From Moniliella sp. 'wahieum' (taxonomy: Eukaryota), in contig RSEE01000075.1 in NCBI GenBank assembly GCA_003971905.1, positions 1-64,000 of the forward strand: a stretch of DNA of 64,000 nt, written 5' to 3'. A model generated the notes under the pieces. The model made no database searches. It was not told where the DNA came from and saw nothing but the letters and a program-made list of their open reading frames with translations. The position numbers were made by a program, and so were the translations under genes. Position 1 is the stretch's first letter, and every line of letters starts with the position of its first letter. This document shows positions 51,838 through 64,000 of this stretch, in pieces.

Positions 51838-52145
51838 GTGCGAGAGTGCGTGCAGCGCCACCAAGAAGAGGAGGAAGGAGGAGGAAGATCCAGCAGAGAA
51901 AGAATGTTGCTGTTCGCTTGGCTGCTGGCTGTTCGGTTGCGGAGTATTCGCTGTGTTTTGTTTGTTTTGTTTTGGTTTGTTTTGTTTTGATTTGGTTGTT
52001 CCCGTTGTGGGCGCGGGCGGCAGGTGTCGGGTCTCGTGTCTCGGTGGGGGGGAGGCTCGTTTGGCCTGTGCATGCTCTCTCATACGGGTTTGTCACGGTC
52101 GGTTTGTATTGTCATCGATCTCATCCACGCATTGTATTCATCCCT

Positions 52146-52216
52146 CCATCCATCCACCCATCCACCCATCCACCCATCCACCCATCCATCCATCCATCCA
52201 TCCATCCATCCATCCA
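52146..52216 (+). repeat. Microsatellite (CCAT/CCAC)n
   Basis: Read directly from the sequence. Confidence 0.9.
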
Positions 52217-52927
52217 TATCCAGTCTTCATTGAACCCAACATGCTTTCTCGTCCTTTTGTCGTTGACGTATTCCCTTTGAACTCTCCATAATCATGGTCG
52301 GACATGTGGACTTTTGTCACAGGACATGTAGATGGTTGTGTCGTGCCTGAGGCCCTGCCTGCACACCGGGCGCTGGGACGGAGTAGTGATGTTAATGACG
52401 GGAGCAGAACTTTTCGTTGTTCGTGTTGTCCGTTCCACTTTCTAGTTTAATGGTTCTCCCCGTCTTTCTGGTCAACTGCAACCGAGCGTCGTGCCTCTGC
52501 CCTGGCTATAATCCGTACCACGCGACTTTGCCACCTCTCATCGATCTGCAGCTTCACTCTGTACGACTCGATTGCCACATCTCATCAATCTTCTCAGTGC
52601 GCTCGCCTTGAGCTTCGATGGCCAGACGAGCCTCCATAGCTCGTCGATCACATTGCCAACGGGAAGCGCACTGGGGATTAGGGATACGCTTTCTGGTCGG
52701 TGCAATGGGGCGGGGTAAACTTTCAATTCTCCACGGTATATTGGGGCTTAGTGCGTATCCAGTGTGGGTTTAATGAGGTCTTCCCACGCTCGCCGCCGCT
52801 TGGCGCCAACGCCCCTGCGCGCCGACTTTGTTCGTCGCGGTCGTCTGGGTCGTCTTTGCTGTCATCGCCGCTGTCGGTGTGCCCGTTCTTCTCTGTGCGT
52901 TCGCCATCGCACCCTCCCCCCCCGCCC

Positions 52928-55233
52928 ATGTCCTCCCTCGACCACGAAGACAGCCTCCAAACCGCTGCCCGTCCCTCCCGCCTCGTCCCGGCCGCCAGCT
53001 CGGGCAGGGCGGCAGCCTCGCATCACATTCATGCGCCCGTGCTCGTCTCCGCCTCCCCCGCCTCCTTCCTGGCCCGCATTGGCCTGCGAGGTGCCCGCCT
53101 TCTGATGGCAGTCACCATCTTTGCCTCGCTCGGTGTCCTTCTGTTTGGGTACGACCAGGGCGTCATGGCCAGCCTCATTGTCCACCCCGCTTTCCTCGCC
53201 TACTTTCACCGCCCTACCTCGGCCCAGATCGGTACGGCAGTCGCCATTCTCGATCTCGCTGCCCTCTTCACCGCCCTCCTTGCCGGTACACTCGCTGACC
53301 GTATCGGTCGCAAGGCCACTATAGGCTGGGGTGCCATCCTGTTCACGTGCGGCGGACTAGTGCAGACTGCTGCATGGAGCTTACCCATGCTCATTGTCGG
53401 TCGTGCACTAGCCGGGTTCGGCGTAGGGTTACTCACCATGGTCGTGCCCACGTACCAGAGCGAAATCTCCATCGCCGAGCACCGTGGGTACCTCGCCTCG
53501 ATCGAGTACACGCTCAACATTGTCGGGTACGCATTGAGTGTATGGGTCGGGTATGGCGCCAGCTTCATCACGGGCAACACAAACGTTTCTTGGCGCTTGC
53601 CCCTCAGTATCCAGATCTTCGTCGGCTGCATCTTGGCTGTGGGAACGGTGGTCTTACCCGAGTCGCCTCGGTACTTGCTCGATAAGGATCGCGATCGCGA
53701 CGCCATGCGCGTTCTCCTCGATCTCCATGGCGACACGAGGACGGATCCAACCAACGTGCCAAGTAGGTGCATGTCGATGTGATGCTTGGCCTCCCGGCTC
53801 TGTTCGGACAGGCATGGGGTATTAGCTACGAGATGGGGAGCAGAAGGAGGGTAGATTCCACACGGGGGTTAGGACGGAAAAAACTGACCGACCATCGTCT
53901 CTCTCTCTCTCTTATCTCCCAGACTCGAATTCCGCGAAATCAAACAAAACGTCCTTTTTCTTCGCGGACAAGGCGACCGCTCGTACCGTGCCATGTGGAA
54001 ACGGTACCGCTACCGCGTGCTCGTGGCTTGCAGCAGCCAGTTCTTCGCCCAGGTTCGTACTTTGGCGTGCGTCCGATTTGCACGAACAAAAGCGGCTGTA
54101 CTGACACGGCACGGCACACTCTTATTGTCCTTGTCTCTCCATTTGTGGGCGATGCAGATGAATGGCATCAACGTCGTTAGCTTTTACGCCCCACGTCTGT
54201 TTGCCAGGGCCGGATGGGAGGGGGAGAGACGGTACGTGAACTTCTAGGCGGTGTAAGTTATCTACTTTTTTGTCGGGACATACTTACTGGTTCTTCACCC
54301 CCGTTTTTTGTCGTAAATTGATTGGTTTGGGTATTAGCGGTACTCATGACCGGGATCAACGCATGTCTCTACGTCGGCTCCACCATCCCGTCTGGTTCCT
54401 GATTGACAGCTGGGGCCGATGTCCGATATTGATCTACGGCGGCTTGCTTGAGGCGCTGTTCCTGATGCTCATAGGACTGTTCCTCTGGCTCGACATGCCC
54501 CTTTCACCGCAACTAACCGTGGTGTCGGTGATTGGCTACACGTGCTCCTTTGGCGCCAGCTTCGGCCCTGTACCGTGGTTGTTACCGCCTGAGATTATGC
54601 CGCTGAGCTTCCGTGCCAAGGGCGTTTCCCTCTCGACTGCCGTCAACTTCTCAGCAACTATTACGTGGGGGAAACAACGCCTATTTTGCAGGACCTCATT
54701 ACCTGGCGCTTGTATCCCATGCACAGCCTGTTCTGTCTCGCCGCCGTCTTGAGCGTCTACCTGTTTTACCCGGAAACCGCAGGCGTACCCATTGAAGAAA
54801 TGGCATCGTGTTTGGTGATGAACTTGCCTCTCCGATCTCACAAGCGCACTTGGTGTCGTCGCTCGAAACGGACGAGGAGCAAAGTGCCGCCACGGAGATC
54901 GTGTTCGATCACATGAACATCGACCAATCCGAAACTCTTCCTTTAACCTCTACCCCGCACCCGTCCCGCCGATCCACCTCTTTCGCCTCTCACCCTCGCT
55001 TTTCCCTCGACGGTCCAGAGGTCATTGTCGATGAGGCCCAGGCGGCAGCAGCAGATGTTGATCCTGCTACACCTGCCCACCCTCGTGGATGGCGTCGGTT
55101 CTTCGTTTCCCTGTGGGAGTCGGGACCGAGGTCAGGACCCGCGTACGTCCTTGTTCAGTCCGGGCCTTCTTCCACCCCGATTCCACAGCTTGATGGGTAT
55201 TTTGGTTTGCGGTACTGCCTGGTACGGATATAA
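52928..55233 (+). CDS. MFS sugar porter family transporter
   Basis: GVLLFGYDQGV; DRIGRK; PTYQSEIS; PESPRYL; QMNGINVVSFYAP; PEIMPLSFRAKG; PETAGVPIEEM; several introns. Confidence 0.95.
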
Positions 55234-57161
55234 GGATACCCACAGCCGATGGGCTACCGGAGGCGACCGGGCGAAAGGGATGGTCCCTGGGCCTGATCTC
55301 TGTGATCCATGATAAATGTGAACGATCGATGACCACCTTGTCCCACATTCAGTCCCGTGTTGGGCCGACAGCGGTTGCGGTTGTGTTGCGGGGGGCGGGG
55401 GGGTGAGACATGAAACGGGTGTGGTGAAACATCTTTCTGCTGCTTGCTTCCGGCCGGAAGAAGCAAGGCAACCGCAATGCACTGCTACTGGCCATCCGCC
55501 GGCAGCGGATGGCTTGAAGCTTACTAGTAGGACTGCAATGGCTGGATGAGATGTCGATGACTATAATAGCTCGGTGACAAATCGATGGGTATCTGGCGAA
55601 AAACGTTGTGGCGTGCAGCGCTCATTCTCCGGAGCACTCCAGCTCGGAGGGGACCCGATGTGTTGTGCTTCTTCGTCCTCACCTACACTGTCTGCTTCGA
55701 CTTGGCCAGATGCGGGGGAATAACCAGAGTGTAACATGTATCGTTGAAGAAAATAACGCGTAACGTCTTGGGCTCACATCCGTTTGGGGTGGTGATGATG
55801 GCGATGATGGTGATGATGGTCATGGCCCTCTTTTGGTTGCTCTCCTGGTGGTGTGGTTCTACCGTAGACTGGTTCTGAATGTGCCCCCTGCCCACGTAGG
55901 CACGCATATTAGTCCGGCCAAAGAATAATGACACCGCTGTCCGTGGCAAGTGGCGACGCACTCTTTTGCATATCCAGCCCCCCCTCCCCCCGACTTACAG
56001 TGGTCGTCGTCTGATAACTCTCACTCTACTCTGGTCTTTCGCCCTGCCCCGCATGATGTTCTGTACTGCCGAGCTGGCCTGCTATCTGGTGCTTCGCTCT
56101 GAGAGAGACTCTTGGGTTCACGCGTAGTTAGTCATTGTACTGCCGAGCAGGTCTACTCTCAGGTGCCTCGCACAGTCAGAGATGTGCAGAAGTTGCTGGT
56201 ATACTCCCTGTTCTCATGTCCAAATAAGGTGCACTTTTGCTCCTTAAACAGTACCGACAATTGCGCTAAACATCGCATTGAGATACCATCCGATAGTCCT
56301 GCTGTTGTTTCGTTGGAACACCGTTGCTACTTGCTGAGGTACGCCTGTTGATCATCTCTCAAAGTGTATGCCATGATGCGCTGTACCAACTGGGGCTGTC
56401 GTTCTTAGTTCTTTGGATGGGTACACCGAACTGGGATCTAACGCTAGAAATAATATCATCTGCCATCTGTCATCGATCATCTGCCATTGATCATCGAATC
56501 ATCTGTCATCTGTCATCCATCCCGATCGACGACTATTATCTTCTTCCCTTTCTCTCCCCATCGACCATCCATCTGCCAGCTGCAGATCCGTCCGCATCGA
56601 ACGCATGGAACGCATCGGGCTATGTAGCACAGTGACCAACGTGGCCTGGCTCGGGACAGAGAAGGTGGGGCGGGGCACAGCTAGGTAAATGGTAAATACA
56701 AGAATGTGCAAGATCGGCGGGCCCAAAGATCGCGGGACGCCCGCTGGTCGGAACGGGAAAAAGGCGCAGCAATTCAAGCACGGTAACGAACGGGAAGGAA
56801 AAAAAAGGTACAGACGCCATGGCTCTGGTGGGGCCCAACCACCAAACACACACACACACACACTTCCAAGCGTACAAGCGTACAACGTAGCAAGCGTATT
56901 AAGAGAAATAGTGTCGGTGGGGGCCGCCATGACCAGAGCGCACGAATGAAAAATAGTGAAGAGACCCAAATGGGATCGATGGGATCAAGAATGGCCGCAA
57001 GTCGCAAATGGCAAGTGACAAGTCGGAAGTGGGAAGTGGGAAGTAAGAAGTGAGAAGTGGGCAACCGGAAAGCAGGAGGGGGGGGGGTCCAAAAGAGCGA
57101 AGAGGAGAGATATAAATCGAGTTGGACGGACGCGCGACAAGCGTCGTTCGTCGGTCCCAGT

Positions 57162-60100
57162 TCACACAGAAGGAATGTAAGGCAACGAAGCACGGCGCAC
57201 TTGCCGTTCGGCACGGCGTCGTGCCGTCAAGGCCAATGCCGCAGCGTTGGGGTTGGCGTTGGCGTTGGCTTCGGTGGGCCCAGCGACGGAATCGAGTGGT
57301 GGCACGGCCGAACCGAGCGGGGCAGGCGAAGCAGGTGGCGATCCCGTCACCGTCTCGGCATCTTCGTTACCGTTGGCTGAAGATGCGACGGCAAGAGAAG
57401 GTGGGGTGGGGGAGATCTTGGACGGTTCGTTATCGCGCGGGCGCGCCAAGCCGACGGAGGCGCAGATACACGTGCTCCAGCCGACAAAGACGAAGCGCAC
57501 GGGACGATGGTGTTGATCGGGGAGAGTTTTCCGCCTGAGGGGGGCACGAGCGCCACGGGGGAAGCGCTCGAGAACGAAACTAAGGACCCAATTGACGCAT
57601 GGCCCGTCAAGGGCCCCGATGGCGCACGCATCGAAAGCGTCGGTGTCGTAGCTGGCGTGGTGGAGAAGGTGGTAGAGAAGGTGGTCGATACCGCGTCAGA
57701 TTCGCTCATCACGGCTGGCGTAGGCGAAAGCGCGGCAAGCGTGTGTGTTGAACTGGCCCCCGCAGGTGCCGGGGGGGCTCCACCGAGCGCAGCGCGGCCG
57801 GGGAAGCGACAGGCTCAGACGGTGGCGGCGGGCATTGTGGGTGAGCAAGCTGTGGGTCAAGGCGTGCTGGAGCGGCGCGGTGCTCTGGACGAGCGTGAGG
57901 GGCAGCAAGCCGCCATGGGCGCTGCCAGCAGACGAGACACTGCCGCGGTCGCGATCGCCCAGCCCACCGGCGGGCGTGGCGCTGCGTGCGCACGGGGAGC
58001 AACGATGCGGTCGCGCCGCTGTGCTTGCACTGGCACCTGCACTCGCGCCCGCACTCGGCGAAAACACCGCCGCTGCCGTCTTGTCGCCGAGCAACGTGCG
58101 TCCCGTGGCGGTGTGGCCAAGGGCGGTGGACCAGCGGCGGTTGGGCGGCGCAGCGGCAGGGTGGGCTGGAGAGGAGTAGTAACGTTTGCCCACGGCCCCG
58201 GTGCGGGAGGGATCGGTGGCGCAGCTGGTGCCGAGGTCAGACTGGTACCGCCGTTGCGCGCGGCGCCGCCGGCGTCCGATGTGCCCGATGCAGAGGCGCC
58301 GACTCGGGCTCGGTGGAGCGGTGGTAGCGCAGTGGCCAGGCCCGAGCCCGAGGCCGGTTGCGAGCGCCCCTCACGCGCATGCCGTTGCTGGAACACGTAC
58401 GCACCCGTCCCGTACCACTCGGCCATACGCGACGCCAGCGTGTCCACCTCGTCCTCGTGCTGGATGCGCGCGACGCGGACCGGGCCGACGGCGGCATAGA
58501 CGCCCTCGACGCGCGGCTGTCGCCCCCGACATGCCCCACGGGCGTCGGCGACCGCATCCGGCCGCCTGACACGGACGGGATAGCATCGCGTCGAGCGAGC
58601 GCTGATCCAGTGCCGATTGCGCTTGGCGCCGACGCGTTTCGGCTTCGGCGCCGGACCATTCTCCCGCCGTGGCCGGCGTGGTAGACAGTGGCGACGGGCC
58701 CCGAAGGGGCAGCGGACGACGCGCGGCCGGAGACTGAGGCGCGGTTGCTGGGCTGTCGCGCGCGAGGAGAGTGTGAGCGGCAAGAGCATGGGTCGTCGAC
58801 GGCCAACTCGGTTGCCGGCCGCTGCGCCACGGACGCTTGCGGTGGCTCGATGGCCCGCACCGGCGCGAGCTCGATCAGTGGCGCCGCGTCCGTCGGTTCG
58901 TCCGTCGATTCCACCAGCTGCAAGCGCCTTGCGCCCCGTAGCGTGTCCTGCTGTGCGTCGGCCAAGAGCGACGCCGTTGCCTCGCTCGACGCACGCGCAT
59001 GGCCGTGGAGAGACGTGGTTCGGGGTGTGGCAGGGCGCCGAGCGAGGCGGGACTCAGTGTCAAGGGCGAGCCAACGACCGACGACGTTTCCACCACCGCT
59101 GGCATCGCGTCGTTTCCCCCGGCCGCAACCAGACCCAAGAGCGGCAACGATCCGCGCCGCTGCGTGCTGCTCGTCCTGAGCTCGCGCGTCGTGTCCGAGT
59201 GGAAGGGCGGAGGCGGTGGTGCGACGCGCGCGGCGGCGCGGCGAGCGTCAGTGGCGCCCACCGCGGCGTGAGCGACGGCGAGGAGAAACGCGATAGACTC
59301 TCGGCCGAGTAGAAGGGGGAGGGGGGCCGAACCGAGGCGATCCGGGCGCCGCCGAGTCGTCGTCGTCGGACCATACTGTAGCTGAGGCTGGTCGACTGAG
59401 CAGGCGCGTCGGGTCGCTCAGCGCCGTCACAGCCGACAAGACGCCCGTGGAGCGCGAGTGGGTGGGCAGCGTGTACAGGCCCCTTTCGGGCGGCACCATC
59501 GTCGTCTCCGTCTCTTCGGCTGCTGCTCGGCGGCGGCGTCGAGCGCAAGGCCCGTTGCTGCAGCTGCCGCCATCGACGCCCGCCGGCCCAGGCCTACCCT
59601 CCAGGGCAACCATACCTTCCATCGCGTCGGTCATCGACATGACGCGGGAATGGGCAGCAAAGGAGCCCGTGACCGAGTCGGCAATCATCTCCCCACTGTT
59701 GGACAACGTGTCCCAGCGGAACGCACCGGCGGCGTATGAGCCGATCGATCCGGACGGGCTGGGGGGCACGCCCGTTGAGCCTGTGCCCGAGGCCAAGGGG
59801 GTGGACGAACGGGAAGCCAAGTCGTGTGCACTGACCAAGCGCGCATCCCCATCTGCGTCTCTGTCCCCGTTTGCTTCTGCTTCGGCATCCACTTCGGGGT
59901 CCACATCGGGATCGGGATCGGTCAACGCCATTTCCCAATCGGTCGAGCCGGAGATGAAGGAGGATCGTTGAGAAGAAAGTGCGCCTGGTGTGGTAGGACC
60001 CAGTTCGCCTGCGCGGTCAGACGAGCGGGAGAGGCAAGGGTCGCCGTGCTGCCCGTCACGAAGGGACGAGGGAAGGGAGGAACGGTGGTGGCGAGAGGAG

Positions 60101-63100
60101 AGGCGGGCGGAGGAGCTTCCGCTGGAGGCCAGCGCGGCCGCGGCAAGTGCCTCGGCAGGGTAAAAGAACGAGTCGCGGTTGCGCGAGGCGGTGTGGCGGC
60201 GCTGCGTGTCGATGGTGCCGGTGACGGCGCCAGGTCCACCTCGGAGTTGCCGGCCGAGTTGAGGATTTCTTCGTCAAACGAGGCGAAGGACGTGGAGCGC
60301 GGGGCGAACGGAGCGGCGTGCGGCGCGGTCAGCGCTAAGGCACGGCTGCGCGGACGCGCTTGTGTCCCGGTCCCAGACACACTGCGGCGCGAGTCGGACG
60401 AGGTGCGGTCGTGCGACGACGAGATGGCCGATAAGGGATCGTGGCTCGTCCGCATCCGCAACGCATACGACCAGGCCGACGACGACGCGTCCGACGCTTG
60501 GCTGCCCGGACGCGCCAGCGCGGCCGACGCCAGACTCGACGCCAAACTCGACCGCCGGTTTCAAAGACACCTCCTCCAGCAACCGAAGCGCCGCTGGCGT
60601 CAGCTCTTCCACTTGGTCTGTCCGCTCGCCCACGCTCCCTCGGGTCGGGGAGGAACGCGGGCTGTGGCCATGGCGAGACGAGCTGGCGGGGTCCGTCAAG
60701 CTGGCCACCTCGCTCGCCAATGCTGCCGCGACAACAGCGGCGCGCGCCGAGCCAATGGACGCCCGCGTGCTCCTGGGCCGATCGGCGGCGCTGGCCTGCT
60801 CCCCAGAGGGGGTGGAGGCGGGAGCCAAAGCGGGAGCCAAAGCGGGAGCCGAGAGAGGAACCGAGCCAGAAGCCGAGCTCGGCGCCGCGGCGGTGCTCTC
60901 GAGCGAGTTGGCACGCTGGTTGGCGGTGGTGATGGTAGACTTGCGCGGGCGCGGGGCCAAGCCTTGCAGCGTATCGGGCGGCGGGACGAGGGAGGTGGCA
61001 TTGGTGATATTGGTGATGCTCGCGGGGCCCGAGGGGGAGGGAAGAGGAAGAGGGTCGGCAAGGGCAGCGGGGTGGCGGTGGGGAATGTCGAGAGAGTGAG
61101 CTCGGACGGGGGCGGTGGCGGTGGCGGTGGCGGTGCGGGGCCCCGGACGACGGCACGGCGCTCAATGGTGTCCCGGGCATAGGGGGGGACTCGGACTCGG
61201 AGGGACGCCCACTGCCCGGGGCCATGCCCAGCGCCGTGGGCACCGTCGGCGAGTCGGGCTGGGCCGGGCTGAGCAGCGGGGTGGCCACCACGCCGCTGAT
61301 GACCGACAAGTGCCGCGGCGCCTTCTTGACGATGCCGGGGGAGCCCTGGGCCACGAGATGGGGCGAGAGATGCGGGGCGACGAGCGGCGCACGGGACACA
61401 GCCGCTTCCCTCTTCTCCTGCTCCTGCTCCTGAGGAAGACAATCGGACGAAGAAGCCACCGGCTCGCTCACTTCCGACGCGACTGATGCGCCCCGGCCCG
61501 AGCGCACAGACGCCGACGTGGCCGCCGCTTGCGACGTGGCCGAGGGTACAGCTGAGGGCACAAGGTGGGACTGCTGGGACCCCATCGACACCGACGCCGA
61601 CACCGATGCCGACGCCGAGGACGACGCAGGGCCGAGGCGGAAGGGACAGCTGCCGGTGCCGCTGACGGGGCATGTGACCCTCGACGGGAGCCAACGAGCG
61701 AAGCGACTTTGGACAGACGCGATCCTGGCCGGGACCGCGTCGCGCTATGCTCCTCGCCTTCGCCCGATGGTACCATCGCCATCGCTGTCGCCGTTGTCGT
61801 CGCCGTTGCTGTCCCTGTCCCTGTCGCCGTTGCCGTCGGGACGGGGTGGACGCCCGAACGCGTGCCCGTAGCTGAGCCCGGTCGGCGAAGCAGGTCCAGG
61901 ATGCCGGCCGAGTACGACCGACGGCGTCCGACCTGCCGTCCGGCCGACGGTTCGGTCGCACCTGCGCGCCCGGCGACAGATCCAGATCCCGAAGCAAACC
62001 CAGACCTAGACCCAGGGGCAGGAGACACATCCGATCCACCAGACGGACCTGGGGACTTCATTTTAGCTGCTGCCGCTGTGCGCCGCAGCCGAGGACGAAG
62101 GAGGAGGGACCTTGGTCCGCAGTTTGCGCAGCGCACCAAACGTGGGCAAGCGCATCGGCGTCTGTGACGGTGTCGCGGTCTGGGTCGCGGTCTGGATCGT
62201 GGTCTGAGTCGTGGTCTTGGGATCGGCATGCTTTTCCTCCCAGCCCCATCCTGAGGCCGAATTCGACGTCGTGCTGCGCTGGTGCGGGTCAGAGCGGATG
62301 CCCAACGCCGAGGCTGGACGCGGGCGCAGGCCCAAGCCCAAGCGCGACCGTGACCGAGGCGCCGGCGCAGGCAAAGCGGGTGTGGGTGTCTGTGCCCTTG
62401 TGGTGTCTGTGCCCGTGCAGTGTTGGTGTTGGTGCGGGAGCAGCTGAGGCCGGTCTGCACAAGTGGTGAGGAGAGACTGTTTCCAAGAAGCTGTGGGGCC
62501 GCAAAATGCACCAAATGCGTGTCCGTGCACCGATGCGCCCCCACCACGTCCGTCAAGGCGTCCGAGCCGGTCCCAAGCGAAGAGGTATCTTCAAACACCG
62601 ATACCAGCGCCGTTCCATCCGCTGCATCCGCGTCGAGGTCGAGCGCCGCATAGCGCTCAGCATTCCCAGCCCCATTTGCACCTGCATCTGCATCTCGACC
62701 CGCCTCGGCATGTGCATGTGCATCCCCATGGGCATGTGCATCTGATCGCGCCGCGCAATGAAGAGATTCGCACGACAGCGGCAGGCCCGCCCGGTACGCC
62801 GCCAACAGTCGTGCGGCGGCAGTGGGCTGGCCCGAAGCAGCACCACCACCACCCGCAGTGGTACGCCCTCCAGCAGGAGCAGGAGGGAGCGCATCGGACT
62901 CAGCCAGGTCCTCAACCCAATCGTCCTCGCTGCGTCCGGAGGCGGAGGAGCCGGGGCCGGGGGGCGCGCTAGCCCGGCGCGGAGGGGGCACAAGGTGTAC
63001 CTGAGTTTGCTGTTTATGTTCGAGCGAGAGGAGAGAGCGCGTGTCGACGAGTTCGCCGCCGTACGGCGTGTCAATGACCACATAGCCGTTATCTGGATCC

Positions 63101-63963
63101 CACCGGTTGCGAGCACCAGCGTCCGAGGCACCAAAGCGCGCGTCGGGTCCGTCGTGCCCGGCTGACTTGGGGTAGCGCGTTAACAGGTGCAGTTTCGCCC
63201 CGAGCTCCACGACTCGCGCACTGGCCCCGTGCAAACGCGGGTTGACGTTGGTGTGCATCGGGCCCCAGCCCGCAGCCGAGGCTGGGCGCGGCGGGACGCC
63301 GTTGCCCCCAAACCCAAGTCCAGACCCAAGTCCAAGTCCAGACCCAGGGACAGACCCAGACATGGCCGCACCCACGCCCGGCCCGGACCCTGGGCGTCGA
63401 CTTGCCGTGCGCGGGACGAGGGAGACGGAGGACCCGACGGACCCGACGGGCGGGAGGGTACCCGCCAAACTGGCCACTGACATCTCCGCCGGTCCACCAG
63501 GCCCAGCTCGCGCCCTTAGCCCCAGTCGAGAAGGAATGTGGTACTCGTTGCTAGCGAGAAGCGAGCGCTGTTCCGCCGAGGTCAGACGCGTGTGGCTCGA
63601 CTTGGGGTGCAGGTGTGGCGCAGTAGGGGCAGGGGCAGTCGCGCGCGCCGCACCGTTCACGCCCATGCTCATGCTCATGCTCAATGTGGGCACAGCAGAG
63701 GGCGACGATACGCTCGGCAAAGCTACTGCTGACCCTGATGCTGATGCTGATGCTGACGCGTGCGGGTGAGGGTGAGGGGGGACGTGGCTCGAAAGCGAAA
63801 GCGAAACCGACGGGGCGGAATCGGTCGTGGGCGTAGCGAGCGCTTTAGCCGGGCCAGTCTGTTTGCGCGCCGGTCCACTGGTCGTAGACGGCGGCAGGCG
63901 CGGCGCGCGCGGCGGCGGCGGCGCAATCACAAATATACTTTGGTGGTGTTTGTCGGACGCCAT
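57162..63963 (-). CDS. Very large hypothetical Ser/Ala/Pro-rich protein (frameshifted ORF chain)
   Basis: ATG at 63963 (MASDKHHQSIFVIAPPP); consecutive minus ORFs 61468..63963, 60335..61603, 59922..60545, 59248..59931, 57857..58789 and 57347..57712 share similar composition. Confidence 0.6.
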
Positions 63964-64000
63964 GCCGCGCGGGATGGAGGGTGTGAGAGACCAGCTGTCT

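Noticed and set aside
56053..56101. C/D box snoRNA (ATGATGT...CTGA)
   Set aside because: Imperfect C box, only about 50 nt, and no recognisable rRNA guide

Overview
Left end of a high-GC fungal chromosome, probably basidiomycete (inferred from intron signals and gene content). Positions 1-22 are (CCCTAA)n telomere, followed by about 11.4 kb of subtelomere and then ordinary core genes: Yta7/ATAD2 AAA ATPase, MDP-1 phosphatase, TEA/ATTS transcription factor, Sec7-PH ARF-GEF, PDR-type ABC transporter, P4-ATPase flippase, SABATH-like methyltransferase, MFS sugar porter and two low-complexity hypotheticals. Nearly every gene, including conserved ones, carries single-base frameshifts, so the assembly looks unpolished and gene ends are approximate. 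Main finding: the telomere-linked RecQ-like helicase gene (2558-8457, minus) also encodes an apparent tyrosine-recombinase catalytic domain (R..K..xxxR..H-x8-Y) directly N-terminal to the helicase. The gene sits in an 8.1-kb unit bounded by ~65-bp direct repeats (151-216 and 8286-8349) with a telomeric core. Together these suggest a self-recombining, telomere-targeted recombinase-helicase element; this is inference from motifs read by eye and has not been tested by search.
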